64,000 nt of DNA from Eukaryota sp. TZLM1-RC (lineage: Eukaryota; Protista; Metamonada: BaSk clade). Of the stretch, positions 1-11,900 are shown piece after piece. A program made the position numbers and the translations under genes. Under the pieces are notes generated by a model. It was not told where the DNA came from. It did no database searches and saw nothing but the letters and a program-made list of their open reading frames with translations. Within the stretch, counting starts at the first letter, position 1, and each line of letters opens with the position of its first letter. The stretch covers positions 1,426,001 to 1,490,000 of the forward strand of contig JAUPSS010000001.1 of NCBI GenBank assembly GCA_040285825.1, written 5' to 3'.

Positions 1-3000
1 TCTTCAAAATAAACAACACCATAATAACCCATTCTTTCGATTATTTTACTAAGTGTCAAACAAGGAACTGAGGCAGTACCACAACAATCTTCATTAGTTC
101 CAGAAGGAGAAATAAAAGAAATATGGTTTAAATCTGGAATAATTTCATTAATAGCAGTTAATTGGAACAAATCTTCTGTTACTTCTATAAAAGATTCACA
201 ATTGATGAGAATCTGGTTGAATTCATATAATTTAGAATTAAAAGTTATTAAATCCACATTAAAGTCTTTTTGTACGGGTTGAAATGAATAATCAACTTCT
301 AGTAATCCATCTAAATAAACTGTACCATCAACAATTAATTTACCATTATCAGTTTTTTGATTGGTAAATAAAATGGTAGATGAATCACTTAATTGTAAAT
401 CACCAGTGACTTCTATAATTCCAGATGGTTCTATTGTACCATGGTTAATAAAATCCGACTTAAAATGACCAAATCCTGTGATTGAGTTTCCCTCTTTATT
501 TTCAATAGAAATTTCAGAACTTACTTGTCCTCCTTCCAGGTTCAAATCACTTTCAAATATTAGTTCAAAGTGATTCATTGCTTTAATTAAACCAGCACTA
601 ACAACTCTCTTGTCAAAAACAAAACCTCCATTTTGGGCCACCAAAGATCCACTAGAGTGAACAAAAACTTCTATTTCAAAAGTAAAAGAACTTTCAGCAA
701 TATTTTCCACTGTGCCATTTACTTTGAGTAAAGAATTGTCAAGAGCACTTATTGCAGCTGATTGGGGTGGTTGAATGAAAAAATGATAATCACCAGCATA
801 AATACTACCAACTTCAAAATCTTTTGTTTCAGCATTAATTGAAGCTTGATGATCACCTTCTTCCCAGCTATATAAAACATTATTAAAATCAATAGCAAAA
901 CCAATAAATCTTCCACTCCCAATACTGCTTACCCTACCCAGACCTTGGACTTTACCTGGTGCATTCTGATGACTAAAGTCTGTACTTCTGCCCAAAACTT
1001 CACCACAACTATAAACATCACCTTCTTTTGTTAGGAAAATGGTATAAAATTCCCCACAACTCGCTTGAACTACATTATAGTCAGGATAATTTAATACTTT
1101 TTGAGGTGTACTTCTACCAGTTTCATCTCCTAAACAAAGTTGTCCTCTATTATTACCTCCGACTGTCATTAATTCATCATTTTCAGTAACAAATAATGAA
1201 TGATGAAAACAACCAATAACTTTTTCAACTCTTTCAGTAGTAATAACATTCTCGGGGAGGTGTTGATTTGTGGTACTTCCATCACCAAGTCTACTATTAC
1301 TGTTATGTCCCCAAGCTTTAACTGTACCATTAGACAACACTGCAAGTGAATGAGCAAACCCAGCACTAATATCAACTACATTTTCCAATATACTAATATG
1401 CTTAGGTTTGGGTTGATCATCTTCGTCGCCATGTCCAAGCCTACCACTAGTACCTCTACCCCAAGAATAAACAAGATTATCTTGAGTTCTGGTAAGAGAA
1501 AAATATGCTCCAGCTGAAATTTGAACAACGTTATCTAAATTAACTGGTTGTGGAAAATTGTATAATTCAGACTCTGAATCCAATCCTAACTCTCCATCTA
1601 TGTTTCGTCCCCAAGCAAATAGGATACCTTCACTAGTGATGCCTAATGTATGTGAGAAACCACCAGCAATTGAACTAAATTCTTCATCAGTAATGACAGT
1701 AAATAGTGAATGTCGATTATAAGTATGACCCGTACCAGTTCTGCCATTTCTTCCATCACCCCAAGCCCGCAGATCATAAGCTTTCGAGCCATTTACAATT
1801 AATGTGACTTTTTCACTTACAGAAATAACAGACTGTGTGACCTGAATTTGACCAGAAAGTGTACCACGATTGAGCACAGTAAAATTTACATTGTTCAGCT
1901 CAGCGTTGCCAAATAAATCAAAGTCAAAAACATCAAAAATACCTACATAGTGGTCGGCCAAACCTATAAAACTATCCATAATCGTAGCCTTACCTTTAAC
2001 AAACAATGAAGGGGAATTCATATTTAATAACGAATGCTCAAATAAAACTTGAGATGAATCATGTAAAACAATGTCTTTAGTTATGAAAAACTCCCCAGTT
2101 GAAATGATAATTCCAAAGTTAATCAATGTTGAATCTAAAACACCATATCCTACTAGTTTGTTACTGTCCCCAATAATGATCGGCACTTCAGAAATAATAA
2201 TACCACCTGAAAGTGATAAATTTCCAGGAAAACTCAAATGCGCCTTGTCATTTGCCTTAAGTAATCCTTCATTGGTGATGAGGTTATTAAATGCAATTCT
2301 AAGTCCACTACAAAGTATTGAACCCAAAGCCTGAACATTGACTAAAATGTTTAAATGAAAGGTGAAGGGTGATTCATTACTCAGTGTGCCATTTATAACC
2401 AATAACGAATCATCAGGACTTTGGATAGAAGGCACAAAGACAATCGTAAAAAAATGCTCATATCCTACATGAAAATCAACAACTTCAAAATCTTTGGTTT
2501 CAGTATTAATTGAAGCTTGATAATCACCTTCTTCCCAGCTATATAAAACATTATTATAATCAATAGCAAAAGCAATAAATCTTCCACCCCCAATACTGCT
2601 TACTCTACCCAGACCATGGACTTTACCTGGTGTATGGTGAAGAATAGAGTCTGTACTTCTACCCAAAACTTCACCACAACTATAAACATCACCTTCTTTT
2701 GTTAGGAAAATGGTATAATACCAACCACAACTCGCTTGAACTACTTTATGTTCTTCATAATTTACTATTTTTTCAGGTGAAGTTCTGTGATTGGAATGAC
2801 CCACACAAAGTTGTCCTCTATGATTACGACCAGTAGCCATTAATTCCCCAGTTTCAGTAATAAATAAAGAATGGGTTATACACGCAACAGCTACTTCAAC
2901 CCTTTCAGTAGTATCAACTTCTACAGGTCGAGTTCTCCTTGTGGTACTTCCATCACCAAGCCTTCCATTACCATTCCAACCCCAAGCTTTGACTTTACCA

Positions 3001-3944
3001 TTTGACAACACTGCAACTCCATGAGCAAACCCAGCACTAATATCAATAACATTTTCAAGTGATGCAATGGGCTTGGGTTTGGGTTCAAAATGAGAATCAC
3101 TGTAACGACCATCTCCAAGTCTACCACTCCAACCATAACCCCAAGAATAAACAAGGTTATCCTGAGTTCTGGCAAGTGAAAACCAAGATCCCGCAGAAAT
3201 TTGAACAACATTATCTAAATCAACTGGTTGTGGGACATTATATGAATCAGAAACATAACCAAGACCTAATTCACCATAACTGTTATCTCCCCACGCAAAA
3301 AGGAAACCTTCACTAGTGAGGCCTAATGTATGTTCATTACCACATGCAATAAAAGTAAATTCTTCATCAGTATCTACTTGTAATAGTGGGTGTGGATCAT
3401 AAGAATGGCCCGTCCCAGTTCTGCCATGTCTACCATCACCCCAAGCCTTGAATTCAAATGAATCAGAACTACCTCCATCAATAACCAATTCAGCACCAAA
3501 ATCAACCAACAAAGAGGACTGAAATAAAGTGAGTTTATTGGCAAGTTTACCATTTCCTTTAATAACAAAGCTAATTAGATTCAACTCGCATGGTCCCAAA
3601 ACTTCCAAGTTAGTAGTGGTGAAGTTGGCAATTTCTCCAATGTCAGACTCAACAATGACATCATCAAGGGTTGTGGTATGAGGTACAACAACATGGTGTT
3701 TCAAGCGTAAGGTAACACCAAAAACATGAAGAGAATGGACTTTGGGAGAGACATTGACGACAAGAATCGGGCTCATTCCTTTTCCGTCTACAAAGACTAT
3801 GGATGAATCTGTAGGATGAGATCCAATCCACGTGGAAGCTGAATTCCAGTAAAAAACATGGTTTTCAGCTGTAGGGGTAACAAGACGGACATCAGAAGCA
3901 AGAGCAATGGTAAAGTAAAGAAGAAGAGCAGATGAAACGTTCAT
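1..3944 (-). CDS. Giant surface/membrane protein paralog with two tandem RCC1/BLIP-II-like propellers; 3' part runs off the window
   Basis: Manual translation from ATG at 3944 (MNVSSALLLYFTIALASDVRLV...) stays open to position 1 (...GYYGVVYFE). Signal-peptide-like N-terminus. RCC1 motifs at ~3450-2455 and ~1775-780. Colinear with the N-terminal ~760 aa of the 8956..17457 ORF. Probably absent from the ORF track because there is no stop in the window. Confidence 0.9.
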   Translation of the reverse strand, partial: MNVSSALLLYFTIALASDVRLVTPTAENHVFYWNSASTWIGSHPTDSSIVFVDGKGMSPILVVNVSPKVHSLHVFGVTLRLKHHVVVPHTTTLDDVIVESDIGEIANFTTTNLEVLGPCELNLISFVIKGNGKLANKLTLFQSSLLVDFGAELVIDGGSSDSFEFKAWGDGRHGRTGTGHSYDPHPLLQVDTDEEFTFIACGNEHTLGLTSEGFLFAWGDNSYGELGLGYVSDSYNVPQPVDLDNVVQISAGSWFSLARTQDNLVYSWGYGWSGRLGDGRYSDSHFEPKPKPIASLENVIDISAGFAHGVAVLSNGKVKAWGWNGNGRLGDGSTTRRTRPVEVDTTERVEVAVACITHSLFITETGELMATGRNHRGQLCVGHSNHRTSPEKIVNYEEHKVVQASCGWYYTIFLTKEGDVYSCGEVLGRSTDSILHHTPGKVHGLGRVSSIGGGRFIAFAIDYNNVLYSWEEGDYQASINTETKDFEVVDFHVGYEHFFTIVFVPSIQSPDDSLLVINGTLSNESPFTFHLNILVNVQALGSILCSGLRIAFNNLITNEGLLKANDKAHLSFPGNLSLSGGIIISEVPIIIGDSNKLVGYGVLDSTLINFGIIISTGEFFITKDIVLHDSSQVLFEHSLLNMNSPSLFVKGKATIMDSFIGLADHYVGIFDVFDFDLFGNAELNNVNFTVLNRGTLSGQIQVTQSVISVSEKVTLIVNGSKAYDLRAWGDGRNGRTGTGHTYNRHSLFTVITDEEFSSIAGGFSHTLGITSEGILFAWGRNIDGELGLDSESELYNFPQPVNLDNVVQISAGAYFSLTRTQDNLVYSWGRGTSGRLGHGDEDDQPKPKHISILENVVDISAGFAHSLAVLSNGTVKAWGHNSNSRLGDGSTTNQHLPENVITTERVEKVIGCFHHSLFVTENDELMTVGGNNRGQLCLGDETGRSTPQKVLNYPDYNVVQASCGEFYTIFLTKEGDVYSCGEVLGRSTDFSHQNAPGKVQGLGRVSSIGSGRFIGFAIDFNNVLYSWEEGDHQASINAETKDFEVGSIYAGDYHFFIQPPQSAAISALDNSLLKVNGTVENIAESSFTFEIEVFVHSSGSLVAQNGGFVFDKRVVSAGLIKAMNHFELIFESDLNLEGGQVSSEISIENKEGNSITGFGHFKSDFINHGTIEPSGIIEVTGDLQLSDSSTILFTNQKTDNGKLIVDGTVYLDGLLEVDYSFQPVQKDFNVDLITFNSKLYEFNQILINCESFIEVTEDLFQLTAINEIIPDLNHISFISPSGTNEDCCGTASVPCLTLSKIIERMGYYGVVYFE

Positions 3945-4107
3945 TATGTGGAAAAAGTTGTGAATGGACACATCGAGATTAATAAGGAACTTATTCTGTA
4001 ATCACCCAAATACAAGTCAACGAAATCCAACAGTATTTTGCAAAATTGGTGAATTGCCATTCCCATTCCCATTCCCATTCCCACCCCATTCCCAATTCTC
4101 AAAATCC

Positions 4108-4732
4108 ATGCCGTTTAACACCGATCATTTTTTTTCTGATGTCAATTTACTTCAACTTAAGGTTCCAGCTTCCGAAGATACAAAGGTGCGTGCTCTAGAT
4201 GCTCTATCCTCCATTAGTACTACCCAAGCTAATGTGGCACGATTCTATCGTACAAGTCAATCCTCTATATCTCGATGGGGAAAGCAGTCTCTTTTCACTT
4301 CTAACTACCTAACTAAGTTTCTTAACTAACCTTCTAGAATCCAACCAATTTGAAAGATTTCCGGGTCGCAGATCAGTTTTTGTGATGGACGGAGTAAGGA
4401 TTCACTTCTCTCCGGACATTAGGGAGGCAATGAAACAGTGTGGTATCAAATACTTGAAATTGCCTCCCTATTGTCCGGAGATGAACCCGATTGAAAACTT
4501 ATTTGCTGTTTTAAGAAGGAAAGTTGCCGACTATGTTGAACGTTTTCCCTCTACAAATCCAGTTGATGTGGTAAATAGTCAACTACACAATCTACATTAT
4601 TATTCTTGTGTGCGGTTGTTTCAACATGCAGGTTATCGTGATGGGCAGTACTATTCGTCGCCTTATTTGACAGGATCAAGGGCTGAATTTTTACAACAAT
4701 CATTTGAAAACAATAGACAATATAATAAATAG
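4108..4732 (+). pseudogene. IS630/Tc1-family DDE transposase, split and missing its central part
   Basis: HTH-like N-terminus (TQANVARFYRTSQSSISRW), then in another frame FPGRRSVFVMDGVRIH...LPPYCPEMNPIENLF. The first catalytic Asp region is not seen. Confidence 0.8.
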
Positions 4733-4747
4733 TTTATTTATTGATTT

Positions 4748-5692
4748 TTAGATAGTGGCATGAAAAGAGTCTAAGGCATTAGGGGTTTGTAACAATTTGC
4801 GTTTCACTGGTGGAGTCAATACCACTGGATCACGGTTTGTGCCGAAATTGTTGAGGAGAAACTCTTCCTGCTCTGCAAAAAATCTGGTCATCAAAGTTCG
4901 GCGATATTCCGAACATTGTTGGTCAATTTGTTCGAGACGCACGGAAGCAAAAGAAGTTAGATCTCGATAAAGGGAGTCTGTCGCTGTCAGCTCAAAGCGG
5001 CGTTTGTGAGAAAAGTATTTAGCGATTGTTGCAGGAGGCTCGTTCCAATCTGCAACACCTTTTGAGATGGCGGCTGCCCAGATATCCCAGTACTTGGTAT
5101 CTGCTGTGAGGGAGTTCTCAAAAGATGCTTGGAGAGAGGTTCCATCAACTTCAACACGTTCTACATGTTCTTTTTGTTGTAGCCACGCATCATATTGTCC
5201 TGCATCACAGTCATACCTTAGTTGGAAAAGGTAAAGAATTGAAGAAAGATCTGTCTCCTCAAGCCAAGTGTTCAAAGATGTGTCCGAAAGGGGCTTCCAA
5301 TTCTTTGCATTCACTCGCTTCAAGAGTACAACTGGCGTCCAAGTAGGATGAACGGCTAGAGTTTTCTTCACGGCTGTGTCTTTCCAGTTATTGATGAGTA
5401 ACTCCCTGATTTCAGCTGCTGTTGGAGTTGTGGTGTAGTAGAGCGTTTGCGGGACAGCAGGTTCTTTGAATTTCTTGCCTTTTTTATACAGTCGGTACTC
5501 AAGACCAGTCAGTAATTCCTTGGATTCAGGCAACTGAGTTAAAGACAACGTGGGCAACTGAGTTAAAGACAACGTGGGTGATGTTAACGTAGTAAGTACT
5601 TGATTTATTGGTGACTCTATCGGCGATTCACCGAAATGAGGATTGGATTCCATAAAGTCATCAGAAAAATAGGCGTCTGGAGGATAGTCCAT
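4748..5692 (-). CDS. Hypothetical 314-aa protein carried inside the IS630/Tc1-like element
   Basis: Intact ORF converging on the transposase, with stops 15 bp apart and AATAAA on both strands. Contains a 24-bp tandem repeat (TLSLTQLP x2) and an NLS-like PPVKRKL. Confidence 0.7.
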   Translation of the reverse strand: MDYPPDAYFSDDFMESNPHFGESPIESPINQVLTTLTSPTLSLTQLPTLSLTQLPESKELLTGLEYRLYKKGKKFKEPAVPQTLYYTTTPTAAEIRELLINNWKDTAVKKTLAVHPTWTPVVLLKRVNAKNWKPLSDTSLNTWLEETDLSSILYLFQLRYDCDAGQYDAWLQQKEHVERVEVDGTSLQASFENSLTADTKYWDIWAAAISKGVADWNEPPATIAKYFSHKRRFELTATDSLYRDLTSFASVRLEQIDQQCSEYRRTLMTRFFAEQEEFLLNNFGTNRDPVVLTPPVKRKLLQTPNALDSFHATI

Positions 5693-8600
5693 TCAAAAGA
5701 AGAGTGGGGAAATAGGTGGGGAATTGGAAGTGAAATGCACCTTAAGTGAAATTCACTGAAATATAAGCCGCATAATTTCATGAATTGTATTAGAAACCAA
5801 TAAAACTAAATTTTATACTGAATTATTAAAAATCAAAACTAAACTTTAATGCAAGACATTCTCTTGACAAATTAATATCATCGATATCAGGAAGAAATTC
5901 ATTTTCACAATCTTCATCAGAATCAACAACTTGATTGTTTTCTTCGATAACATTTTGTGACTCAATTGGAAGCTTCTCAATAAATGGCAATTCACCAATA
6001 TGTGAGGCAAGATAAGCTTCTTTGAAGGCCTGTCCGTATGATTTTGATCCACCCAAATAACAATTCACTGGTGATCAGTAGTTTATTGTGTCAGCAGAAT
6101 AGCTGCTATTTGTATTATAGTTTATAAGATAAATAGGTTCACTAGTGAGTACATTCTGAGAGAATCCATTCTTCTCCCTCTTCATGCAACTTCATTTCCT
6201 CTCACTGAGTAATAATCATACTAACAGTGTTCAACCTCTACTCGAGTTCACAGGCACCCTCAAAGATTGAAGAGTTCAATTTGAGCTACAACACTTAGGA
6301 ATGTAATGTTTTCACTAATTCAACCAGCTGGAGTATATCGATGATATTATTACAAGACAAGTTAGAAAATCTCAAAAATGAATTGAATATTGACCTCAAG
6401 AATTTCTCAAGATTGATGAAATCAAACTAGGTCTCAAAAGTAAATCTAATCAGAAGACCAACGAAAAAAAGAGTTTAACATTGCAATCAAGAATGAAACA
6501 AATTAACTGAGGAATTCAGTGGGTTAAAGACACAAATTGATGGGCAATTGTAAAATGCGATAAAGAGAAAATGATAGATTATTTACAATCCACAGGGAAA
6601 AGATCAAAGGTCAACTCAAAAGAAAAACAACAATGTGATTTAATGCAAAGATCCAGTGAAATGAAGATTCAATTGGAAATGAAAATTTTTAATCTAAGTA
6701 ATTTGTATCTCATTCAGTGGAAAGTTATTCAAAAGCTGAAAGCAAAGTTGCATCTTTCACTTCTGAATTATTAAATTTAAAATGTTATTTGAAGTTGAAG
6801 CAAGGTTATAATTGCAATTCAACAGAATTTAAACAGATAGTAGCTGATATGGAAGCCATTGAAAAGGAAAAACTTGAGCTAGGGGAGGACTGAAATACTT
6901 GGACGTTCTGAATTTGAGCTGTGTAGGAAAATTGAAAAATTTGAATTCAACATTTCTACCACAAATTGTTCTAAGTCGTTGTAAAAACGTGAACAATTAA
7001 ATGATTGAGTTTATGAAGGTCACCATAATTGAATTTTGTTTTCCAGAATTCTTCTGCTGGTATTTACAAGTACATCAATTGCCAATCACATTTATTTAAA
7101 CTGCTACTGAATCAATATTGGGTAGAATGTTGAAATCTTGGTTAGGTGTAACTAGAACTGCTGACGTGGATTTTTTTTATTTATCTAAATGCAAGGGTGG
7201 ACCTGGTTTTCCTGACCTTAAATTATTGTATAAAGAATGTCAAAATTAGAAAAACCACTTCTTTTCATGATTTGAGAATTTAATTTTAAATAATGAAACA
7301 AAGAAGGTCTAATTGGAATCAAACAATATTTTAAGTCCAGTATAAAAGTTAAAGAAGTATTCTTTGGTTCGAAACCTTGTATGTACATGAATTGGGGGAT
7401 TATTTTCCAATCTGAAATGTTAGGCAATTACGTGGGATCAAAAATATGTTATACACTTACCCTTTGCTTGACTACGTGTTGTACCACAGTGACACTTGAA
7501 AAGGAGAGATTTTGAAGACACTTTTTTCGTGAATATTTTTTAGGGACGGGACTGGTGATTTCAATGTAGTGAAGATGTATTATTGTAAATGTATTGTTTG
7601 CGTAAGGGAATAAATCATTTGAAGATGTACAAGTAACGATCTGGCTCTATTTGAATTTGACACTTTGAATATGTCAACAAAATTCTACGTGTATGTGCTG
7701 AATTCTCTGCATGTGTTGAATTCGCATTCTGCCAATTATATTGGAGTATTTGTTAGGCACAAGGAATTTTACGGAATTTGTGTTGTAACATGTACCATAC
7801 TTCTTTTTAATTCAAATCATTTAAATGCTTAAAGAATTGTTAATTTATGAATTGAAAAAAAGATTGAATTTATTTTATAAAAGTTCTGTTTTTAGAGCTT
7901 CAAGAAGAATTTGTTGAAATATCCAGTTATTATTATTTATTCACTGGTTATGTGAGTGAATAACTGTTTGAGTGTCACATCTTACTTTCAGAGTGTAACA
8001 AGCTAATTTTCTTGATGCCATTATGAATCAAGTGAGCTCTACAAATATTCGTGATGGTGTTGGTGCCCTAAGGCTTTTATCATATGCCATTATGATCTTC
8101 AGGAAAGTAGCAAAAATAATAAATACAGTACATAAAAAAAGTTGGTGTTGTACAAATTCATAATGAATCATCATAAAATAACAGTTTCTAATAAAATTTA
8201 TTGTCTTACCAAATTGTAATGATAGACAATTTTGCCTTATCAAACATCAATAACAACTAGAACTTGTAGAGAGGTGTTCAATATCTGGAGCTACAAATTC
8301 AGAGCACTTCACAATTGCTACTTTCTCTCCTAAGAAGGGCAGATTTAGTGATATGTTCAATTTCATATAAAATCCAGTTATTTTTCTACACTTGGTTCAT
8401 TTGTTGAAATAATTACTATTGTTTTATGTTGTCTAAAAACAGTTGTTCAGATTAAAATACTCTAACGTAAGAGCACTAGCCGCCTAGTAAACCTCCTGTA
8501 GATTAACCACGCATTTCATTGTTGTTGTTAGACTTACGAGTAATGAACATTTTCAAAATAGAAATTAATCCACATTTGCCAAGTATGATACTGAGAATAT

Positions 8601-8955
8601 CACAATACATACCCATGATAAAATGAAAAACTTTTCAACAGTATTGATCACATTGGAAAATTGGGTATTCAAATCAAAAGAATCAAATGTTATCGACATT
8701 TCCAAATTTCAAGATGGATCAACAAAGCCATACTAGCTTTTCAATACTGAAACAATAGACAGTCAAACAAGAAACAGTAAGAACCAACTTTGCAAAGGTT
8801 AATATTAAATACTTTCGTCAAACAGTCATTCACAGAAAAAAATCTTAAGAAAAACAGTTCAAATATTGAAGAAAGGCTAAACCATTGGCATAAAAGTAAA
8901 ATGAATATTGATTCCAACAAGTGAATGTAAATAACCCCTATTTTAAAACAATTTG

Positions 8956-11900
8956 TCACGAGTAAATAACGTGGAGTAAGATCAAAAAACTGCTGCAAAA
9001 GGTACCTGAATACGATAGAATAGCATTTTGGTCACCAGAATAAAAAGTTAAAACAAGAAAAGCAATGGTCTGGGTAATTAATTGAATTGTATATGGTAAA
9101 TACAATAAAATTAGTAGGAACATTGCTACTACCAATGACCTAAACCTATCATTATCTTTTTGTTTCTGATATATTGAATTAAACCAGTATACAGACACCC
9201 CAAACAACAACAACATTTCAATGTCTAGCTTAAGCTCAATTAATTTACTATAAATACCAATAAAACCAGTAAACAAGCAAAAGTGGCAGTAATAAGAGTC
9301 TTTAAATGGGAAATTATGTCGTAGAACTTTTCTACAAAAATAATGGTTAACGATAAAACAAAAAATCAACAGCGAAAATCCAACTCTATTACCAAATATT
9401 GATGCACTTAAAGAAAAAGGTACAGTGATTAGAAGAACATTACCATTAATTACTACTGACAAAACCATCAAAAGTCTCAATGGACAAATGATTTGTCCTT
9501 TAGACTGAACAAGAGAGCGAGTGGTGGATGCTGAAAGTGAAGGTACAGTAAACTGATTCAAAATCTTGTCATAAAAGTTGTTCGAAAACCTCAAGTAATG
9601 TTCACTAAGTATCAATAAAAAAGCAAGAATCAAATTAAAAGCTACACCAATTATAAAAGTAAAAGCACTTGTTCCAACACAAACAAAACCATACCTTTTG
9701 GTTCCATCAATACACTCAGTACAATCAATTCCTTTTGTATTAAATCGACATTGGTTATTTCTACATGAATACCTATAAGGACACGAAATTGCTCCTGTTT
9801 CGAGGGTAAACTTGTAACCATTTGAAACACTTGCTAATTCACCATATTCACAAGTACTGAATTTTGGGCACTTAATACAACCTTCTCCGTCATCAAACTC
9901 AGAGTTTGGACAAACACATTCACTGATATTTGAAGAACCAATTGATTTAGTAATTTTGTTTAGAGGACAACCAATACATTGACCTAACAAAGGATTATCC
10001 AAATAATAACCCAATTGACAAGGTTCGCACTCCCCTATAGAACCAAGAACTGTTCCTGGCTTACAATGACATTCGTTATTTAGGTTAATTCTAGTTGGAT
10101 CACAGTCGTTTAAGGTAAACATAGCTGAAGCAAGTGTTGATTGGTGAGAGAATAGTATTTCAGTTTCACCTAATGGTAAACCAGTTACTTCTAATTCATT
10201 TAAACTTGACACATAGTGGGTAATCATTAAATCATGTGATAATTCAACTTCATATAAACTGAGTGATTGGGTATAATTGACCAGTAAATCTTGAGTATTT
10301 AGTGTTAATTCAAGAGTAATAAGGACACAACTACTATAAAACAAATTTAAACGATTACATTGATTAATTTGAAGCAGATTTACTAATAATTCATTTTTAA
10401 ATTGTTGAAAAAGTAGAAAATTCAACTTTGATTTATCTGCAATACCAAAATGGATTGAATGATTTCCTGGATAAATACCTTGAATATCAAATTTAATTGA
10501 ATTAAACGACTGAACGTAATAATGATTATAACTGAAACTTGAATAATTAACTAAATTGGTTTGATTAAAAACAAAACAATTAACCATTAAGTTGTTTGAA
10601 TCCCGACAGTGAAAATTTAAAATAAATGAGTTTGAAATCATAGTAATTGTATCATTTACTAAGATCATAGATTGTGGTTTTTGAGGTTCAATTAAAGCAC
10701 TCAGTATTGACGTGGAATAGTAACAATCAGCAGAAAAAAATGAATAATTGACAGTAAAGGGTTCTGTGATAACTTCACTCAAAATTGTATTGTCTAACAG
10801 TTTGTAAATTGAGTCAGACATTTCTCCAGCAAATTCATAATAACCATCAATAAAAACAAAATCTCCACTAGGTGTTATTCCTAAGAAATCATCAATTGGT
10901 CTCAAACACTTGTTAGTTTTGTATCCATAAATTTCAACTTCAAATAGTAGTAAATCTTCTAGTATTTCAAAAGAAATTGAGGTCACATTACTAAAATCAA
11001 CCTCAATACTACACATTAAAGCATCATCAAAACCATTCAAAAGTGATTCACAATTCCATAAATCATTGGTGGAATTACCAAGTCTAATTGGTGAGTTTTG
11101 AAACGAATCCGAACAAGAAGAATTAGTGGTAAGAGTAATTGATGTTATTTGGTATGTTTCGGTAAATTGAATGGTGAACTTCTCTCCAACTTTGAAACTA
11201 GAATAGCAATCACCAGTTGCAACAAGGCAACACCTAGTTTTATCGAATAAGTGAATTAGTGGTTGCTTATTGACAAACAAATCTGTATAGTGAACATGAG
11301 AAACGTGATCTGGAACAAAACAACGATCTACAAAAAAGGGTTCAGAAATTAACTCCAAACTACCAATTTCCAAGTCAAAATAGTAAATACTTACCTTAAC
11401 AATTTCCTTGTAAGTAGAAATTATGACATTTTTGCAGATTAGATTAAAACCATCAATGATGACGTCAAATGATTTACCTTGAATGACACAATGTAATGGT
11501 GGTTTGAGTTCAACATTAGCTTCGATAAGAACATCTCTATGTTCAAAAAAGGAAACCGTAGAATTTGAAAAGAGTTCAACGTCAAAAATTTGTAATTCTG
11601 CTACCAACATTGTGCCAAATAAATCAGACTCTAATTCTAAATTCAAAAAGCTTACGGGTTTAGTTAAGTTCAAATTACTTGGCGTTAGAATAAACTCAAT
11701 TGTTTGAACATAATATTCTGCATTCTCCACAAATGAAATCAACCTATTGGCCAGATATTTATTGTCAATAGCCAGGTAAAAATCGTTGAAGCTACTGAAT
11801 CCTGATTTGATTAAAGCAGTCAAAGTAATATTATCAGACTTTAAAAGATAACTATTTCCCAATAACTCCAATTTTGGTGGTTCAACTATTTGAAATACTA

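Larger units (their letters stand above)
4013..5787. mobile_element. IS630/Tc1-mariner-like DNA transposon with two convergent ORFs, internally deleted
   Basis: Flanking TA dinucleotides (4011-4012, 5788-5789). Imperfect terminal inverted repeats (CAAGTCAACGAAAT vs CAATTCATGAAAT on the other strand). Higher GC than the flanks. DDE_3-type transposase remnants inside. Confidence 0.65.

Noticed and set aside
1-3944. Apparent pseudogene or alternative genetic code, since no long ORF is listed
   Set aside because: The frame is open by manual translation and simply lacks a stop inside the window. TAA, TAG and TGA all terminate other genes normally.
4287-4317. Possible 31-nt intron joining the two transposase pieces in frame
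   Set aside because: The donor GTCTCT is poor and the product would still lack the first catalytic Asp; an internal deletion explains it as well.
7447-7640. Possible solo LTR
   Set aside because: No clear CA end, TSD or second copy in the window.
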